The notes under the pieces were generated by a model. It had not been told where the DNA came from. It ran no database searches and saw only the letters and a program-made list of their open reading frames with translations. From contig CM022678.1 in assembly GCA_012295275.1 (NCBI GenBank), positions 19,778,001 to 19,842,000 on the forward strand: a DNA stretch of 64,000 bases, in the 5' to 3' direction. This DNA comes from Chrysomallon squamiferum (Eukaryota > Animalia > Mollusca). The translations under genes and the position numbers were made by a program. This document shows positions 15,038-31,368 of the stretch, piece by piece (position 1 is the first letter of the stretch; every line of letters begins with the position of its first letter).

Positions 15038-16143
15038 AGAAAACATTTATAAATCATTTCATGTAAGTCGCAGTGAATGATAAAAAGCACTCTGCAAAAA
15101 TATCGAAATATCCTATTACATTTTATACTGGTTTAGAATTACAGCTATCATTTGTAAATTACTGAAAATAAAACGTGCTAGACATTAATGAAATTAATAC
15201 CACTGGGACTGGTCATATTTTCAATAAAAATCACTGCTGTTGTTTGTAACTGTGTGATCAGAAACAGTATCAAAAATAAAACCAATAAGTATTATTACAC
15301 CAGCACGACTGCTACTACTACCACCACTATTATTATTATTATTATTATCATTATTGTTATTATTATTGTTATTATTTTTATTATTATTGTTATTATTATA
15401 ACTATTATTATTATTGTATTATTATTGTTATTATTATTATTATCACTGCTGTTACTACTATTACTAATTTACTACTGTCACTTTTACTGCTACTACTGCT
15501 ACTACTACTACGACTATTACTATTACTACTTCTATAATTGCTTCTAATATTACTACTACTAATGTAATTCTACTACATCTACCATAAATACAACTGCTAC
15601 TACTACTACTACTATCACCACTTTTATAACCACTACATCTAGTATTACTATTATTACTACTTCAACCATTATTACTAATACTACAACAGAGCTAACTTTT
15701 CCTGGCATACGGTATGATCAGATTATTAAAATGTTTATCGCTCCAGCTATGACAGTTGCTAATTTCTACTGAAACTAAAACTGCAGCTGTTGCATTTGCT
15801 TTGTTTTACCACTAGAACAACCACTGTTAATAACCACAAAACAAAACAAAGCTATTTGAATACAATATATATATATAGTTTAATAATCTGATTATATCGT
15901 ATGCCTGGAAATACCACTGTAATAAAGTAATAATCGTTGCACTAGTAATAATATTAATAGTAGAAGTAGTTGTAATAAAAGTGGAAGTACTAGTAGTGGT
16001 AGTAATAGTAGTACTAATGGCTATAGCAGTAATAATAGTAGTAGTAGAAGTATATATATATATATGTATATAGACAAACATACATTAGTGACTTGAATTT
16101 AAATATATATATATGTATGTGTATCTATCTATCTATCTATCTA

Positions 16144-16191
<48 letters not shown>

Positions 16192-16529
16192 GACACAGAG
16201 GCACACCGACACACATACATACAGTCGTATGTACAGTTGCTTTGCAAATGAATGGTTCACATGTTTCATTACATGTAATTTACTGTTAGTTTACATTTTT
16301 AAAGTTAATGTGTTCATAAATATATATGTGTATATATGTGCACGTCTATCTTGCTTTTTGATTAAAAAAAAATTAATATACACTAAAATAGATAGTTATA
16401 TTCATTGGAAAGTAGTTTTTGCTTTTATATATAGACTAGTATGTGGATGGAAGGATAAACAGATACAGAGAGACAGACAAAGAAAGAAAGAAATGAATGA
16501 TTGAATGAATGAAAGAATGGTGGACTGAT

Positions 16530-16752
16530 ATATGATAGATAGATTATGAAAACAGACAGAGATATAGACAGACTGACATTTTATATAGATACATACAGAG
16601 ACAGATTATATATTGATAAATACGCAGATAGATAGATAGACAGATAGATAGATAGACAGATTGATAGATAGACAGATTGATATATAGACTCCTTGACAGA
16701 TACATAGGTAGATAGATAGACAGACAGACAGACAGATAGATAGATAGATAGT

Positions 16753-16799
<47 letters not shown>

Positions 16800-16831
16800 G
16801 TAGATAGACAGACAGACAGATAGACAGACTA

Positions 16832-16864
<33 letters not shown>

Positions 16865-16897
16865 AAGACAGACAGATAGATAGACAGATAGATAGAT
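16530..16897. repeat. Compound (GATA)n/(GACA)n microsatellite
   Basis: Direct inspection. Similar blocks lie at 47220-47575 and 60865-61085. Confidence 0.95.
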
Positions 16898-17065
16898 TAA
16901 TAATAATAGGAAATAAAGAGACTGTTTAATGTGAAAGGACCGTATCAGAGATTTTTTACACAAGACTGTTAAATTTCCGTATAAAACCAAACAAACGATT
17001 TCAGTTCAGTCCTGTTTCCTTTACGTTCTCATCCAGAAAACGCGCACAAGAGACGATCCCCGGGA

Positions 17066-17126
17066 CCTCGATTTCTCAAACCTCGATTTTTCAAACCTCG
17101 ATTTCTCAAACCTCGATTTCTCAAAC
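17066..17126. repeat. 15-bp tandem repeat x4 (CCTCGATTTCTCAAA)
   Basis: Direct inspection. Confidence 0.9.
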
Positions 17127-17661
17127 TCATAAAGTTTGACGTGCGTGTCTGTCAGACGAGTTTCCAGCGAAGCCATTAAAACGTTTTTTTTTTTTTTTTT
17201 TTTTTTAAATTTTAATTCCTGAGACGTAAGCGCTTTATGACGTCATCACTTTATGAGCTTATATGACAACCGCTTGCACGCGCAGCGTTCGAGTTAATAC
17301 GAGTCTGGCTATCCAAGATGGCAAGTCAGGCGGAAACTCGCAGTCTTTGAGCTTTGTTGCCATGACAACCGGAACAATATGATAAACCTTCGGCATGTTT
17401 GTGTCACATTAGTGTTTGGTAGACGGAAGAACGACGACAAACGTTTGTGACAAAACGTCATCTTGTGATTGAATTACAAAGAGAACTGTTAGTAGGAAAA
17501 CACTGTGTAATATGTTAATATCAAGCTAATAGAGTATGTGTATGTATATATATGTAATTTAGTGTATTAATATGTATGCAGTAAGTACGTATTTATGAAT
17601 ACGTACTAATTATGAATAAGTGCGTGTATATTTGTTTCTTGTTTAATATTCGTGAGAGAGG

Positions 17662-17744
<83 letters not shown>

Positions 17745-18361
17745 ATAACTTTTTAAAATTAAATAATTTATATGTCTTTTTGTAGTCTGTCAGCTTACGT
17801 CTGTCAGATTGTCTGTCAGTGCATGTAAATATTTAACATCATAGAGAAACACGAAAAAAAAAAAAAAAAGAACAAAAAAAAAGGGTGGTGTGAGACCGAC
17901 GTAAAAGTGTCACATAAAACGTGTTATTAATGTGTCATCTATTATTTACAGCGCGCACCACGTGCCGCGCGCAGTCGTGTCACGTGACCTGTCGAGTACC
18001 GCCATGACTGATACATAATTAATACAAGCTGTAGATTATTCATAGTCAACATGTTACCAGTGTTCACACACTGAAACCCGTCACGAGAGCCGAGTCCACA
18101 GTAAACACCTCGGATTAAAGGAACATAGAGCAGAAAATGAACAAGCAGAAGAAAAAAAAATATAAAAAAAATGTGACGGAAAAAAAAAAAAAAAAAGAAA
18201 AAGAAAAATTTAAAAATGGGAAAGAAATGAAGAAAGAGCAGAAAAGAAAAGAATATGAATTATGAAAAAGAGGAAAATGGAGAGTAAAAAAAAAAAAAAA
18301 AAAAATTATGAGTAGGAAGTAAACGAAGAATAAAAACGTTCGTTAACAAGAAGAAAAAAGG

Positions 18362-18392
<31 letters not shown>

Positions 18393-18749
18393 CAGGAATA
18401 AAATTGTATAAGAAACAAGAAGAAAAGAGAAATAGACGAAGAATTTGAGATAAATTAGAAAGAATATACGGAAATGAAGAATAAGTAAAAAAAAAAAAAA
18501 AAAAAAAAAAAGAAAAATGAAAGAAAAAAAAGTAAATTAAGAGGAATAAAATCAAGGACAAGAAAACGAAGAAGAAACTAAGAAAGCAAAGACGATTTCC
18601 AGTAATCAGATATATTTTAAAATCCTTTAACGTCATAATTAATTTTATTATTATTTTTTTTTATCTGCTTACACTCGTAAATTAGATAAACAAACTGGTT
18701 ATATTAAAACAATTCCAGAAATACATAAATAATTATTTAGAATTTTGTT

Positions 18750-19100
18750 ATGACATTTTTGAATCCTTCACTCATAGTCATTACGTTTTAAAAACTTGTA
18801 ATTGTAATGGCTACAGTTTAAAAAATTTCAGTAATAATGGTTACATTTTAAATTATTACAGTAGTCATTAAGGTTACATTTTAAAGAGCTGTAACCTTTG
18901 TAATTACTTTTTTAAATCGTCTCATGTTGGTTATTACGTTTGAAAATCCTGTAATTAAATATTCCTATCGGTTTTAAATCTTTTAATCATTACGGTTACA
19001 TTTTAAATCCTATTTTCATCGTGGTTACGGTTTTAAGCTCGATTAATCATACTGGTTACATTTTCATCGTATTATCCTCTTTTGTTACAAATCCTGGAAA
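18750..19100. repeat. Degenerate ~29-bp tandem array (GGTTACATTTTAAATCCTGTAATCATT)
   Basis: GGTTACATTTT core recurs. Confidence 0.7.
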
Positions 19101-19960
19101 GATGCTTCACGCTGTTGTAAATCAGAATTCAACGATTTAATTAAAATCAATACTTAAAAGATATATTAATTTTTTTTATTTTTTTAAATTGTATAAGAGA
19201 AATTACTTTCTGTCGACAGTCATACAAAATAAAATGAAGTAGTATTTCAAGGTCAAGGAAGGAAAAATCAGTTAAACTTATAAAGAGAATGCCAATGTGT
19301 TTCTAAATACAACTCGGTTGTCATAGCAACCGTTGCGATTAATTGGGGTGGAGAACGACTCGAGAATGGGTTATGGGAAATGAAAAATGCAAAATACAGA
19401 GCGCATTTAACATATTAAAGGAAAATAATAATAATAAAGAAGTAAGTAACAAAAAAAAAGATGAATTGTTTATTATTTCGTGCATTTTATATTTAATTTC
19501 GTTAATTATTTATTTCCATTTATTTCTTTGTTTGTTGGTTTATTTCTTTGTTTGATTGTTTGTTTGTTTGTTCATTTATAATGAAATACGACTGTAGATT
19601 AGATTAAAAAAAAAAAAATTAAAGATTTCATCAAACTGCAAATGAGAAATGATTAGATGATTTTAGGTAAAATGTGTTTTCAGTTGCAACTGTGGTGAAA
19701 TAACGGCCATCTTAAGAAAGATTTTGTAAAATTAATTTAAAGGCACAGACACACAAAAAGATTTCTAGTGATTGTTTGTTTGTTTTCTTTGTTTGACGAT
19801 TTTTCTAAATACAGTAAAAAACTTTTCACTTTATCGAATAAATTGAAATATACATCAGCTAAAGATATTTATAGAATCTTTGTGATAATGTTTTTTTTAA
19901 TGATTTCAAAGAGCGAAAACCATTTTAAATTATTCTGTACTTCATTGAGTTTCTGAGATT

Positions 19961-20004
<44 letters not shown>

Positions 20005-21345
20005 TTATTTTTAACTTTTATGCTTTTTTTCGATGTAATTTTACCAGAAAACTACAGAAATAAGGAAAACGATGCAAACACATGAGAAAAAGGAGAAAGA
20101 TGTTCTATGTTAAAATTTTAGTAAACTGCAAACTTAAATATATACAAAGATGGAATAGGTACATAGATAAATAGATAGATAGATAGATAGAAAGATACAC
20201 ACACAAACACACATACACACACACACACATATACACACACACAACCTCGCATACTCATACCAAAATTCATACATAAAACATACACACATATATATATATA
20301 CACACACACATACACACACACAAAGAAGATGAAGATACTTAAAAGACACTAGTGATAACATTTCGACATTTCGTGTGTTAAAAATCAATATATAAATCAC
20401 TGTATTCCAAATAGCGATTACAGAAACCAGTCATAGAGCACCAACGTCACTGACAACAACAACCACGACAACATCAATATCGACGATGATGATGCGACGA
20501 TGTGGTTAAAATCATAATGACGACGATATGGTTATAATGATGAAAATGATGATGTTGATGATGATAAAAAAATAAAGAAGAAGATTTTAATAATAAAAAG
20601 AAATTAATGACGACGATGATAACAACAATAGTAACACTAATATTAACAACAACAACAACAACATTATGAAAAATAATAATAATAATTTCATTATCATCAT
20701 CATCATCGTCATCGTCGACGTCATTAATATTAATATTAGTATTTGATTTGTATTAACAAAACCACTGCCTTGTAAAGTGAACCTTTTATGACGTCAGGAA
20801 AAATACTACGTCAACAGTAACAATGGAAAAATATGAACAATGGTGCAAACATCAGCAGCAACATCTTGCACAAAACTCAACAAGAGAATCTTAATTAAAA
20901 GAAATCACCAACAACGTCATTGTCGTTAGCAACCTTGTAAAATACGACTTCAACAACACAGAAGATTATTATCGGCGACTTCGTAAAGGACAACAACTAC
21001 TACAGCAAAATACGTTATTATCGGCGTCGTTGTGAAATATAACAACTACTACAACAAAGTACAGTTTTATTGTCACATGTCCGCATTCGTAAAAAAAAAG
21101 CCAAAATAAATTTAAAAAATTAAAATAAATAAATGAATAAATAAACGAGTATTTGTAGCGAAATCTACTAATTTACATAATGCATATTTTATTAAGTATT
21201 TATTTAAATATTTATTTAGGTCTCTCTTTGAGGAGAAGGAAAAACAAGATGATTTATTTTTGTTTTTAATTTTATCTTTTTTTTTTCTTTTCTTATTTTA
21301 TGAAAAATGTGGGCGTTAAAAGCGACAGTTGGTTTTATGGATGTA

Positions 21346-21418
<73 letters not shown>

Positions 21419-21457
21419 ATATATCTATTATTTTATAACTGAGGCGTTGTGTGTGTT

Positions 21458-21539
<82 letters not shown>

Positions 21540-22372
21540 ATACAAACAAGACAAACACATTTCTAATAGAACAGACGTCAATCATTATATCTATTATAAG
21601 TTCCATCTCCAACGGTTTCTAATAAAACGCTAATAACAGTTAATCACGTACAAAAATATAAGACTCCTGTATAGAAAATAGCATTTTCTTTAATTTACTT
21701 CACACACAAAATGACGTCACGCAAGATTTATTACATACCGTCAGAGTTACGCGGGAACTGTTGTCTCTCTCGGGAGACACAATAAAGAGAATTACGTAGG
21801 CGATAACTTTATTGGGCACTTAAATAAAATGGCGCGAAATCGCCAGATGAAGTACTACTTTCTTTACGTTAGTGTTAATAACTTTGAGGTGATGTAGGTC
21901 GCTGTGAAAAGAACAATTACTCTTTTATACCTTTCACAAGAGCAATTCAGATAATTATCTCATTAGCGTTAACAGATCGTTTAACTTACAGGCAGTTCTA
22001 TTTTAAGAACACAAAAAGGGTATTGTCCTGTTCTGTACGATTTAAATAGCGAAGGATGAAGACAAATGAAAATTTAATATATGCGACCTACTAATACACT
22101 AAATATGCAAATGAGCCGAAAACTAGAAAAATATGTGTTTATATAGATTACGCAGTGAATACGTAATTTCGTTGAGTTAATATTTCTTTACTGTCATTAT
22201 TATTACTATTTTAATCATCTTCATATTTAGTGTTAATATGATGCACATACACGCAAGATTAAGATGATTAGCTGTGTGTTTTGTTATTGCTGCTTTTGCT
22301 GTTTGTCTTTGAAGGTGTTATTGTTTAAATTATGAATGGTACTTTTACTTTCTGTTTTTCTGCTGTTCGTAC

Positions 22373-22467
<95 letters not shown>

Positions 22468-23741
22468 ATCACTCTACACCTTCTGTTAATCGACGTAATA
22501 CTCTTTTGGCATGTTTTAATTTCATCATCATCGCTAATCTCTCTCTCAACAACAAGATCTAATCAACGGCTGAGGTTTCCGATTTTCGATCTCCTCCAAT
22601 CACCTCACCCTCCCCCCCACCCCCGTCCCTCTTTCTTTCACACAACGCCTTCTTCGAGTAATTTTCGGCGAGTGTCAGTGAATGTAATAGTACTTCCAAC
22701 GTCGACCTTGTTCAGCTGGCAAAGCAATCTCTCCAACGCATCGACTCTGAAAACACTTGATACAAATTGAAAACGAATCGTTTCTTTAAAACGACGTCTT
22801 CAACGACCACTACTTCAACGACTAGTGTTCTAAAAACAGCATTATGACACTTCCGCATTTGTCTCCCTTTGCAAAAAAAAAAAAAAAAAAAAAGAAAGAA
22901 AGAAAAAAGGAGCATGTCAATAAATTCAAGTTTTTTTCCAAGATACAGTGTGTATGTTTTGTGTCAATAAAAGCACGCTATCAATGAAAATCTTTCTATT
23001 ACAAGATGCACTGTGTAAATCTGGTATCAATTACAGCAGAAAAGGTTGAAACGGGAGAAATAGACAAAACATTTATTTGTTCGCAACTGAGAATACTGGT
23101 CATTCCATACTGTTGTAAGAGAAGCAAATAACAAATAAATTGGTATATCACAAAATTGTTCAAAAACATAAATTTTCCTATAATATTATATATCATCAAA
23201 AACAGCAGTAAAAACACATTAAAATAACTCCAAAATATCTTTGATATTATTACGAAATGGAAAAAAAAAAAAAAAAAAATTACGAATTTTTATCTGAATA
23301 AAATTTGTTGGAATTTACTTTCAAAAATCTATGGAGAACCGGCGATTTATTTTGATCATCTGACAGCATAGACACTGAATATCTTAAACAAGTTCAAGCC
23401 AGATATGCATATCTCATACGCCCAAATAATTTTTTTTTTTTTTATGAGTTCTAGAGCTGTAGTTACTTCCCTTCCTTGACCTATTTCGATACGAGCTTTG
23501 TGCTTTACGTCGAAGCTGAACTGAAAGCGAGTTACGTTCATGACCCGTACCGTAAGGTCCGCACTTAATCAGATACGTGAACAGATTACGTGTGTGCTAA
23601 ATCTCTTTTCTGACAGCACAGATCAGAACTGAAACATCTAACAACGTAGTCAGTTACGTTATTAATTTCAATCCTACTAAAGCAATCGCGTCAGGCATAG
23701 ACAAACATTGTCAGAATAATTAAAACTCGTCATGACTAATC

Positions 23742-23822
23742 ATCATTATCATGAACGTAATGATCAGTATCATTATCATTAACGTAATGATCAGTATCAT
23801 TATCATGAACGTAATGATCAGT
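23742..23822. repeat. 27-bp tandem repeat x3 (ATCATTATCATGAACGTAATGATCAGT)
   Basis: Three near-identical units, each with internal ATCATTA/TAATGAT complementarity. Confidence 0.9.
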
Positions 23823-25180
23823 ATCATCATCATCATTAACACCGTTACGCAGTTGTTGTGGTAGTTGTAATTTTTAATCATCTTATCGTCCGTTTGGTTT
23901 TCATTATTGCATTGGCAATGCTTTCGTCATTACTACACCGGTACTACTATTACTACTACTACGTGATTACGTCAGCGCTGACGTTTTCAGTCTAGTTCGT
24001 GGTCGTTGTAGTACAAGTTGTGGTGATGACAGTAGTAGTTGTAATACTACTAGTAGTTGTTGTTGTAATAGTATTAGTAGCAGTAGCAGCAGCTGTAATA
24101 GTATTAGTAGCAGAAATAGACGTAGCAGTTGTAGTAGTTTGTTATACCAGCATCAGACGAGATCGTAATAGCAATAGCAGTTGTAGTGGTAGTAACAGTA
24201 GCCGCAGCAGTAGTTGTAGCAGTACTAGTAGCAGTAGTAGTGGTGGTTGTGGCAATGGTATTGTGGCTGTCGTTTTGTTTCTAACTGTGTTACCAGCATT
24301 CTCCATTAACAAGAACACTCTGGCACTTAAACGGGTTTCACGTTTAATGAACATACGCATAAACCGTAATCCAACCAGCCGTTATTCGTTGCCCAGCGTT
24401 TTATGCGCCACTAATTTGTCACAGTTATTCTTTCTGCTGCTCGTAAAAAATGTGTAATGCGCATTTTTTGATAAACTGGCATGAGTATACCTCAAACAAA
24501 CTGGTACTCGTGCTCAGATTGAATTACGTATATTAAGCGTAACTGAGAACGCATTAAGTCTAGTAACGCATTTCATTTCACGTCTGCGAGCTGCCCAGAT
24601 GTCGCTTTAGGCGGCGATATTAGCCAATCAGCGCCGTCTTTTCTTATTAATATCGGCGGTGTTAATATCGACTGGCGTTTAAAAAACCTCACTTCTTGTA
24701 ACACGTTTTTATTGCGTTAAAAATTATAAAAAAAATAAAAATAAAAAAAAGTATTGGATTGGCGTTATGCACCTGATGATGCGGGCTGTATCGATATTAT
24801 TTTAACTTATTTACAAAGAAATTTGCGGTGCGCTGCAAAGCAGGGAGGAAATAAACCCTATTGAACAAACAACTGTTATCACATTCACTGGCCGGCTGCG
24901 GTGCTGCTGCTTTACGAGGTGCAATGTACGTGTGCTATAATTAGACGAATTAGAACCCTGGTTCCGAACACCGCCACAGGCGAACATGTTTCAGACACAC
25001 GCTTGTAATTAGTAGGTACGGTGGGGGATCGGGGGGGGGGTGAAACGTTACGCTGTACAGACATCTGTCTGTCAGTCCTGTACGTAAATGTGAATCTAAA
25101 AATGATTTTTATATTACATTAATATATCAGATATAATGTCACGTCACATCTTATTTGTTACTATTATTATCAGATGTTTC

Positions 25181-25269
<89 letters not shown>

Positions 25270-25931
25270 CTGTGTGTGTGTGTATTACAGTCTGTAATAG
25301 CTTTTCATGAATGAAGACTATCAGATAAAACGAAAATAAAATAATAATAAAAAAAAAACAAACATTTCACATAAAAATCTTCGTACAACGGAAACTTCAT
25401 ATTTTAAAGACGATATTTTTCAAACATATTCCAGAAACAGATATAACATTTGAAAAGATACGATAGATAATATATATATATATATATATATAAAAAAAAA
25501 AAAAAATCATCCAACAACCTCATAACCAACTCATCTCCGAGTTGGTGTCTTATTTTACACCACACCATTAAAAAGCACGGTTATTAAAATTGATTTGTGG
25601 GGTTAAAAATAGACACACGTCTATGGCGAGATTCCGCCTCATTGCGTCTGCTACTCTGAGCAGCTTGGTGCAAACGTTTATGCGTTCTCCACACATTAAC
25701 CCCAGCGAGTCGCACACAGGCAGACGTCGTCGTGGATGACTTATCAAATCAGCGGGAAAGACGAGAAACTGCGACGTCAGACACTTCGGGCTTGATTCAG
25801 TTAGAAACAAAAATTTCTCGTCTTAATTACAGGTTTGTGTGACGTTTGATGCAAAACAACTTCGTTAAATCAGTTTAAAAAACACAGACAGAGTCAGATA
25901 CACAGAGAGGAAGGGAGATGAGGGAGGGAGG

Positions 25932-26015
<84 letters not shown>

Positions 26016-27014
26016 CCGTATAATAATTATTACCTTTCCAGAGTCAGAATGTAACACAGTGTTGATCTATAAAACAAAATAAATATTTCTTAAACACATT
26101 GCGCAGGAGTAACCCCTTTAGACGTAGGAATAACCCCCCCAACAAAGTGCGCGTTTCTTTAACTTAAGTATTAAAACCACGTTTACTGTTAACACAAACG
26201 TAGAACTCTTAACAAAGCAACTGATTTTTTTTTTTACCGTAACAACGACAAGTCACGTAGCAAATCTGTTGATGTAATTACAACAAAAACAGATTGTGGC
26301 GAAGATCAAAGAACGTACTTCTTCGTGTAGAGGAACATCACAATCTTGTTAAGACTTTCTTTATTCTTTCTGTCTTTTCCTTTTTTTTTTTTTTTTTTTT
26401 TTTTTTGCTTCAAGTTCTAAAGCAGTGACGTGTTGTAAAACCAGACGCAGAGCAGGATCTGTTTCTTTCTTTCTCGAGTTTTTAATCGGATTTCATTCAT
26501 CGTCCTCTCGCTGTCAGTATGCCAACACCATTTTGCTTGTAGCCAGTTACCATGACAACGGTATCGCGTTTAGATTTCTCTACCGCGTGGGCAGTGACAA
26601 ACAGTTTACACAAAAAGTCAGCACTACTTCAGACAGAGGCTTTGAAGTAGTCACGTGAGAGGAAGTTTAGGTTATTCACATTTTTTTAATAACTTTTTTG
26701 TATGGTCAAACACATTTTTATAAAATAATTTCGGCAAATTATATATCCAAATATCTTTATAAACATATATATATATTTTTTCATACATCTCATTACATAT
26801 AGATAGATGTAATACATAAAGTGTAGGCTATAGACAGAGAGATAAATATAAACACAGGCAAACACATACACATAAACAAACATACATAAGCACACACACA
26901 CAGAGAGACATACACACACATATACAGATATATATATATATGTAGATACACACGTACCCACAAAAACAAATATATATATATATATATATATATACTCAAT
27001 ATATATATTTATAA

Positions 27015-27198
27015 AGCAGTCACACTGGCGAAAGATAGGTTCTGCTGCTGATGATGTGCCATACGTTCGAATCTCGTTAACGGCGAGATGTTTGTGAAGT
27101 CGTGATTTGACGTTGCCATCCTACGTCATAGCGTTTCTGAATACTGTCTATGTGCAGAGTCTAATTAGACGTACATACGACAACAGAACATTCATTCT
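27015..27198 (+). mobile_element. Possible degenerate tRNA-derived SINE
   Basis: A-box-like TGGCGAAAGATAGG (27026-27039) and B-box GTTCGAATC (27065-27073), followed by ~110 bp of unique body and a simple-repeat-like tail (ACAACAGAACATTCATTC). No full cloverleaf and no target-site duplication were seen. Confidence 0.4.
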
Positions 27199-28435
27199 TA
27201 AATACAAATGTACATTCATAGTTACATCTAAGTACAGTTAATTAATCGTAAAATGTATTATAAGACTCAGTCATTGCCAACCACAAAGATACATGCATTC
27301 ATACATACATTCATTATAATAATTCTATGATATTAATTCTTGTCAAAAATGTATCATTTGTACACATTAACTGATAATGACATAAAATTATTCTGCCGTG
27401 CAAACACAGGAGACAGGGCTAAAGTTGTTCTGTGCATGTCAAGTAATCAGTGTTGCCATAGCAACAGGTTATTTCAGAGGTTTTAACTTCCGTCACGTGA
27501 CGTTTCAACTAAAACTCCGCATACAGACTTTTGCAAAGTTATAAATTATAAAATATATCTCTGAACGCATCTTCCCATCTGTTCATCCACACATCTGTGT
27601 TTTGTATTTTTTTATCAGTCTATCTGCCAGAATATCTATTTACTTTGTGACTGTCAGTCTGTCTGTCAAAATGTACGTCCATATGTCTGTGTATAATCAA
27701 TAAATATTCAGATATTTACGTCATAATGCCTGTCTTTCTGTCTGTGTCACTCTGTCTGTCTGTCTGACTATCGAAATAACGGACACAGAGAGAAAGTTAG
27801 ACGGATAGATAGATAAAGGGTAACATGGTTTCATGAATGCACTGAAATAGAATTTTTTTTTTAAGTTTAATTCTTCACTGATTACGTCATAGCTTTGCTC
27901 ATCCAGCGTGATGAGTAGAGTGGGCGAGTCAGTGAGTCAATCAGTGAGTCAGTGAGTTAGTCAGTGAGTTAGTCAGTGAGTCGGGCACTCAGTAGGTGGA
28001 TTTGAGTGAGCGGACGAATGAAGGAACGAAAGAATGAATGATCAGCATTACACCATTTTTTTATTATATAATTATATATCATACATACACACAAATATAC
28101 ATCTATCTGAAGAGACTGTTTTGATTTTAACGCTAAAATAAAATAAATTACAAATCTTATCCTAAAGTAAATTACTTCAAAATTCAGTTAACGTTATTTT
28201 TACATGTAGTTTTTTTTGTTTTTTTTAATTTGTAAGTTGTTTATTTTTCCTCTTTTTTATTTTGTTTCCATCTTTTAATGTTTTCGTATTACTTAATAGT
28301 TAAATTTTAATATTTATCTTTTAATTATTTATTTATTTATTTATTATTATTAGTAGTAGTAGTGGTAGATGTTATCGTTGTAGTTGCTGTAATAGCTGTA
28401 GTAATAGTAGTAGTAATTTGTTCATTTCTATTTAC

Positions 28436-28479
<44 letters not shown>

Positions 28480-29286
28480 AGTACTAGTTTACATTTGAAT
28501 GTTATCGTTGTCGTTGCTATAACAGCTTTATTAGTACGTATTTGTTCATTTCTGTTTACTTATTTATTTATTTAAATTTTATTTCTTCCAACACACACTT
28601 TATTCTACGTATCTTGACAAATATTCTTCCACTAAAGATTTTTCAATAAACTTGTGATTTTAATACTGTTATTATTTAAAAAAATGTCACTGTAAACTGG
28701 ATAGTTCATGTGACAGCATCAACAGCAATGTATAATGCATTATGTCTGAAATTCCTTCGCTCGCGTTATATAAATTACATTATGTCAGTAATTATTATAT
28801 TACCGTTTCGTTATTTTCACTCCTAATAATATTTTATCTGTTACCTTTTAGTCGTAACTGAGTTTTCTTCACCTCCTGTTAGATAGTATTGATTTAGTAT
28901 ATGGATTTATATACTATGAGCAAGAAAAATTAGTTATTATTACCGTTTTAGTAATAAAATAATTATAGACCACTTCTTTAGGTATGTAATGATATTTTTA
29001 TACTTAAAATACGTATAACATTTTTATACGTATAATATTTGTTTTGTTATGCCTTTAATAATATAGTCAATACAGTTATCTAGTATTTCTAATCAGTGTA
29101 ATTATATAGTAAGTGTATTTAATAACATCTGAATTTGTAGATTAGGTTTGATAGTATGTAATTGTGTTTATATAACTTTAATGATGTTTATATAACTTTA
29201 ATGATGTAATTATATATCTTGTATTGTTTGAGGATGTGTGTTTGTGTGTGTGTTTGTGTGTATCTGAATATTCGTAATAGCTATAT

Positions 29287-29365
<79 letters not shown>

Positions 29366-29635
29366 GCACATTAATAATTATCTACCATGGAAACATATAT
29401 TATTTTTCTTTTATATACTAATTGTAATATTTGCCTGTTGTCTTTGCAGAATATGTAATATTTTTAATATCATACTTTTAAAATATTTCATTGTGAAGAC
29501 TATATATAATTATCAATTACACAAGTAAGTATATCAATATAAAACTTTCATGTACGGTATTTGTGACAGTACTGTAATTATGTCATTCTTGTATTAAGAT
29601 TAACTAAGTATTGTTCGAAGTATAATTATACATAT

Positions 29636-29750
<115 letters not shown>

Positions 29751-31080
29751 ATTATGCAATATCGTATCACACTATTAAATCTTGATCCTCCATTTCTTGA
29801 CTGTTTTATCAAATGCCAGGACATTTGCTCTCCTGTTAACGGGTTGGTTCATGTAAAAGATTCCTTATTGCTAATCGACAGCTTTAATCACCGGAATAGC
29901 GGCAACAAACATATCATTATAAAAACTATTTTTAGCGCCTAATTTATATTACATTCTGTTTATACGTTATAATAATTATTATAATTTTTTTCTTTCTGTT
30001 ACCTAATAAATAACAACACTGCTAAATATAGGGAGTAATTGAAATACGACGAGAGAAATGTGAAACCTGAAAACGAGTAAAATGAGAGCCGAGTTGAAGC
30101 GGGCACTGAGTCAGAAAGAGTGTGTAGAATCAGTGAATGGCAGACCTGAATGGATTAATTAACGTTGGTGTAGCCGTTGTTCTGTGTGTGGAAAACGTTA
30201 TTATATCTCAAAGATACGGCATATTGGTTTTTGTAGTTATGATTTATTTTTTTTTTTTTTTTTTTTTTTTTTTTGATTATTTGCTTGTTTGTTGTTGTTT
30301 TTTTGTTTTAGTGTTTGATTGTTTGTATTATTGTTCCTTTGTTTGTTTTATTGTTTGTTTGTTTGTTAGCTTGTTTGATTGTTTGTTTATTTATATGTTT
30401 GGTCGTTCGGATTTTTATTATTATTATTATTTGCTTATTTATTTCGATTTATTTATTTATTTATTTATTTTTCTTAATACTCTAAAAAAGAAAATGTTAA
30501 TTAATTACATTTATATTTTCTAGTAATCTCTCCGCAAGCTTTATTGTGAATATACGAAAAAATAAACAAATAGATAGAAAGACAATGAAATAAACTAATA
30601 CAAAATAAATAGGTAACCAAAAAACAAACAAATAAATAAATAAATAAATAAAAAGAGAAAAAAAGAAAATATAAAATGTTGAAAGGTAATCGAGTGTTTA
30701 GTTATTTTTTTTATTTTTTTTATTTTTTTATTTCTGCAGTCGAATACGTTTATCAAAAAAAATCTCTATTTTATTATCTGTACCATCCCTAAAACAAACA
30801 AACTGAGACTGCAGTAAGCTCGCAAATAACAGAAAAAAAGAAAAACAAAACAAAACAAAGCAATGGAAATTAAATAAAACTCATTTAAAAATAATAAAAA
30901 TTAAAAAATTAACATTATTATTCAGTTTTTAAATTACTACTTTTTTTTATCATTATTTTGTAATTCGTTTTAACTGTTCATTAATTTGCTTTTTCGTTTT
31001 GACAGCAAATTTACAGTAAATCTGAATTCAGTACTTTGTCCGAAAATACAAAATTAATTTAACATAAATTAAATTACTCT

Positions 31081-31232
<152 letters not shown>

Positions 31233-31368
31233 TACACACACACATTGATAGATTGATCGATAGACAAGTAGAGAGACAGGTAAACAGATGATAAATAGAT
31301 TTATATTAATTCTACATCTCTGTTTCAATGTATCTTTCGTTCTGTCCTTCCGTCTCTCGATACGTCTA

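Noticed and set aside
27015-27090. Possible tRNA gene (GTTCGAATC B-box)
   Set aside because: No convincing acceptor or anticodon stems. Kept only as a low-confidence SINE remnant.
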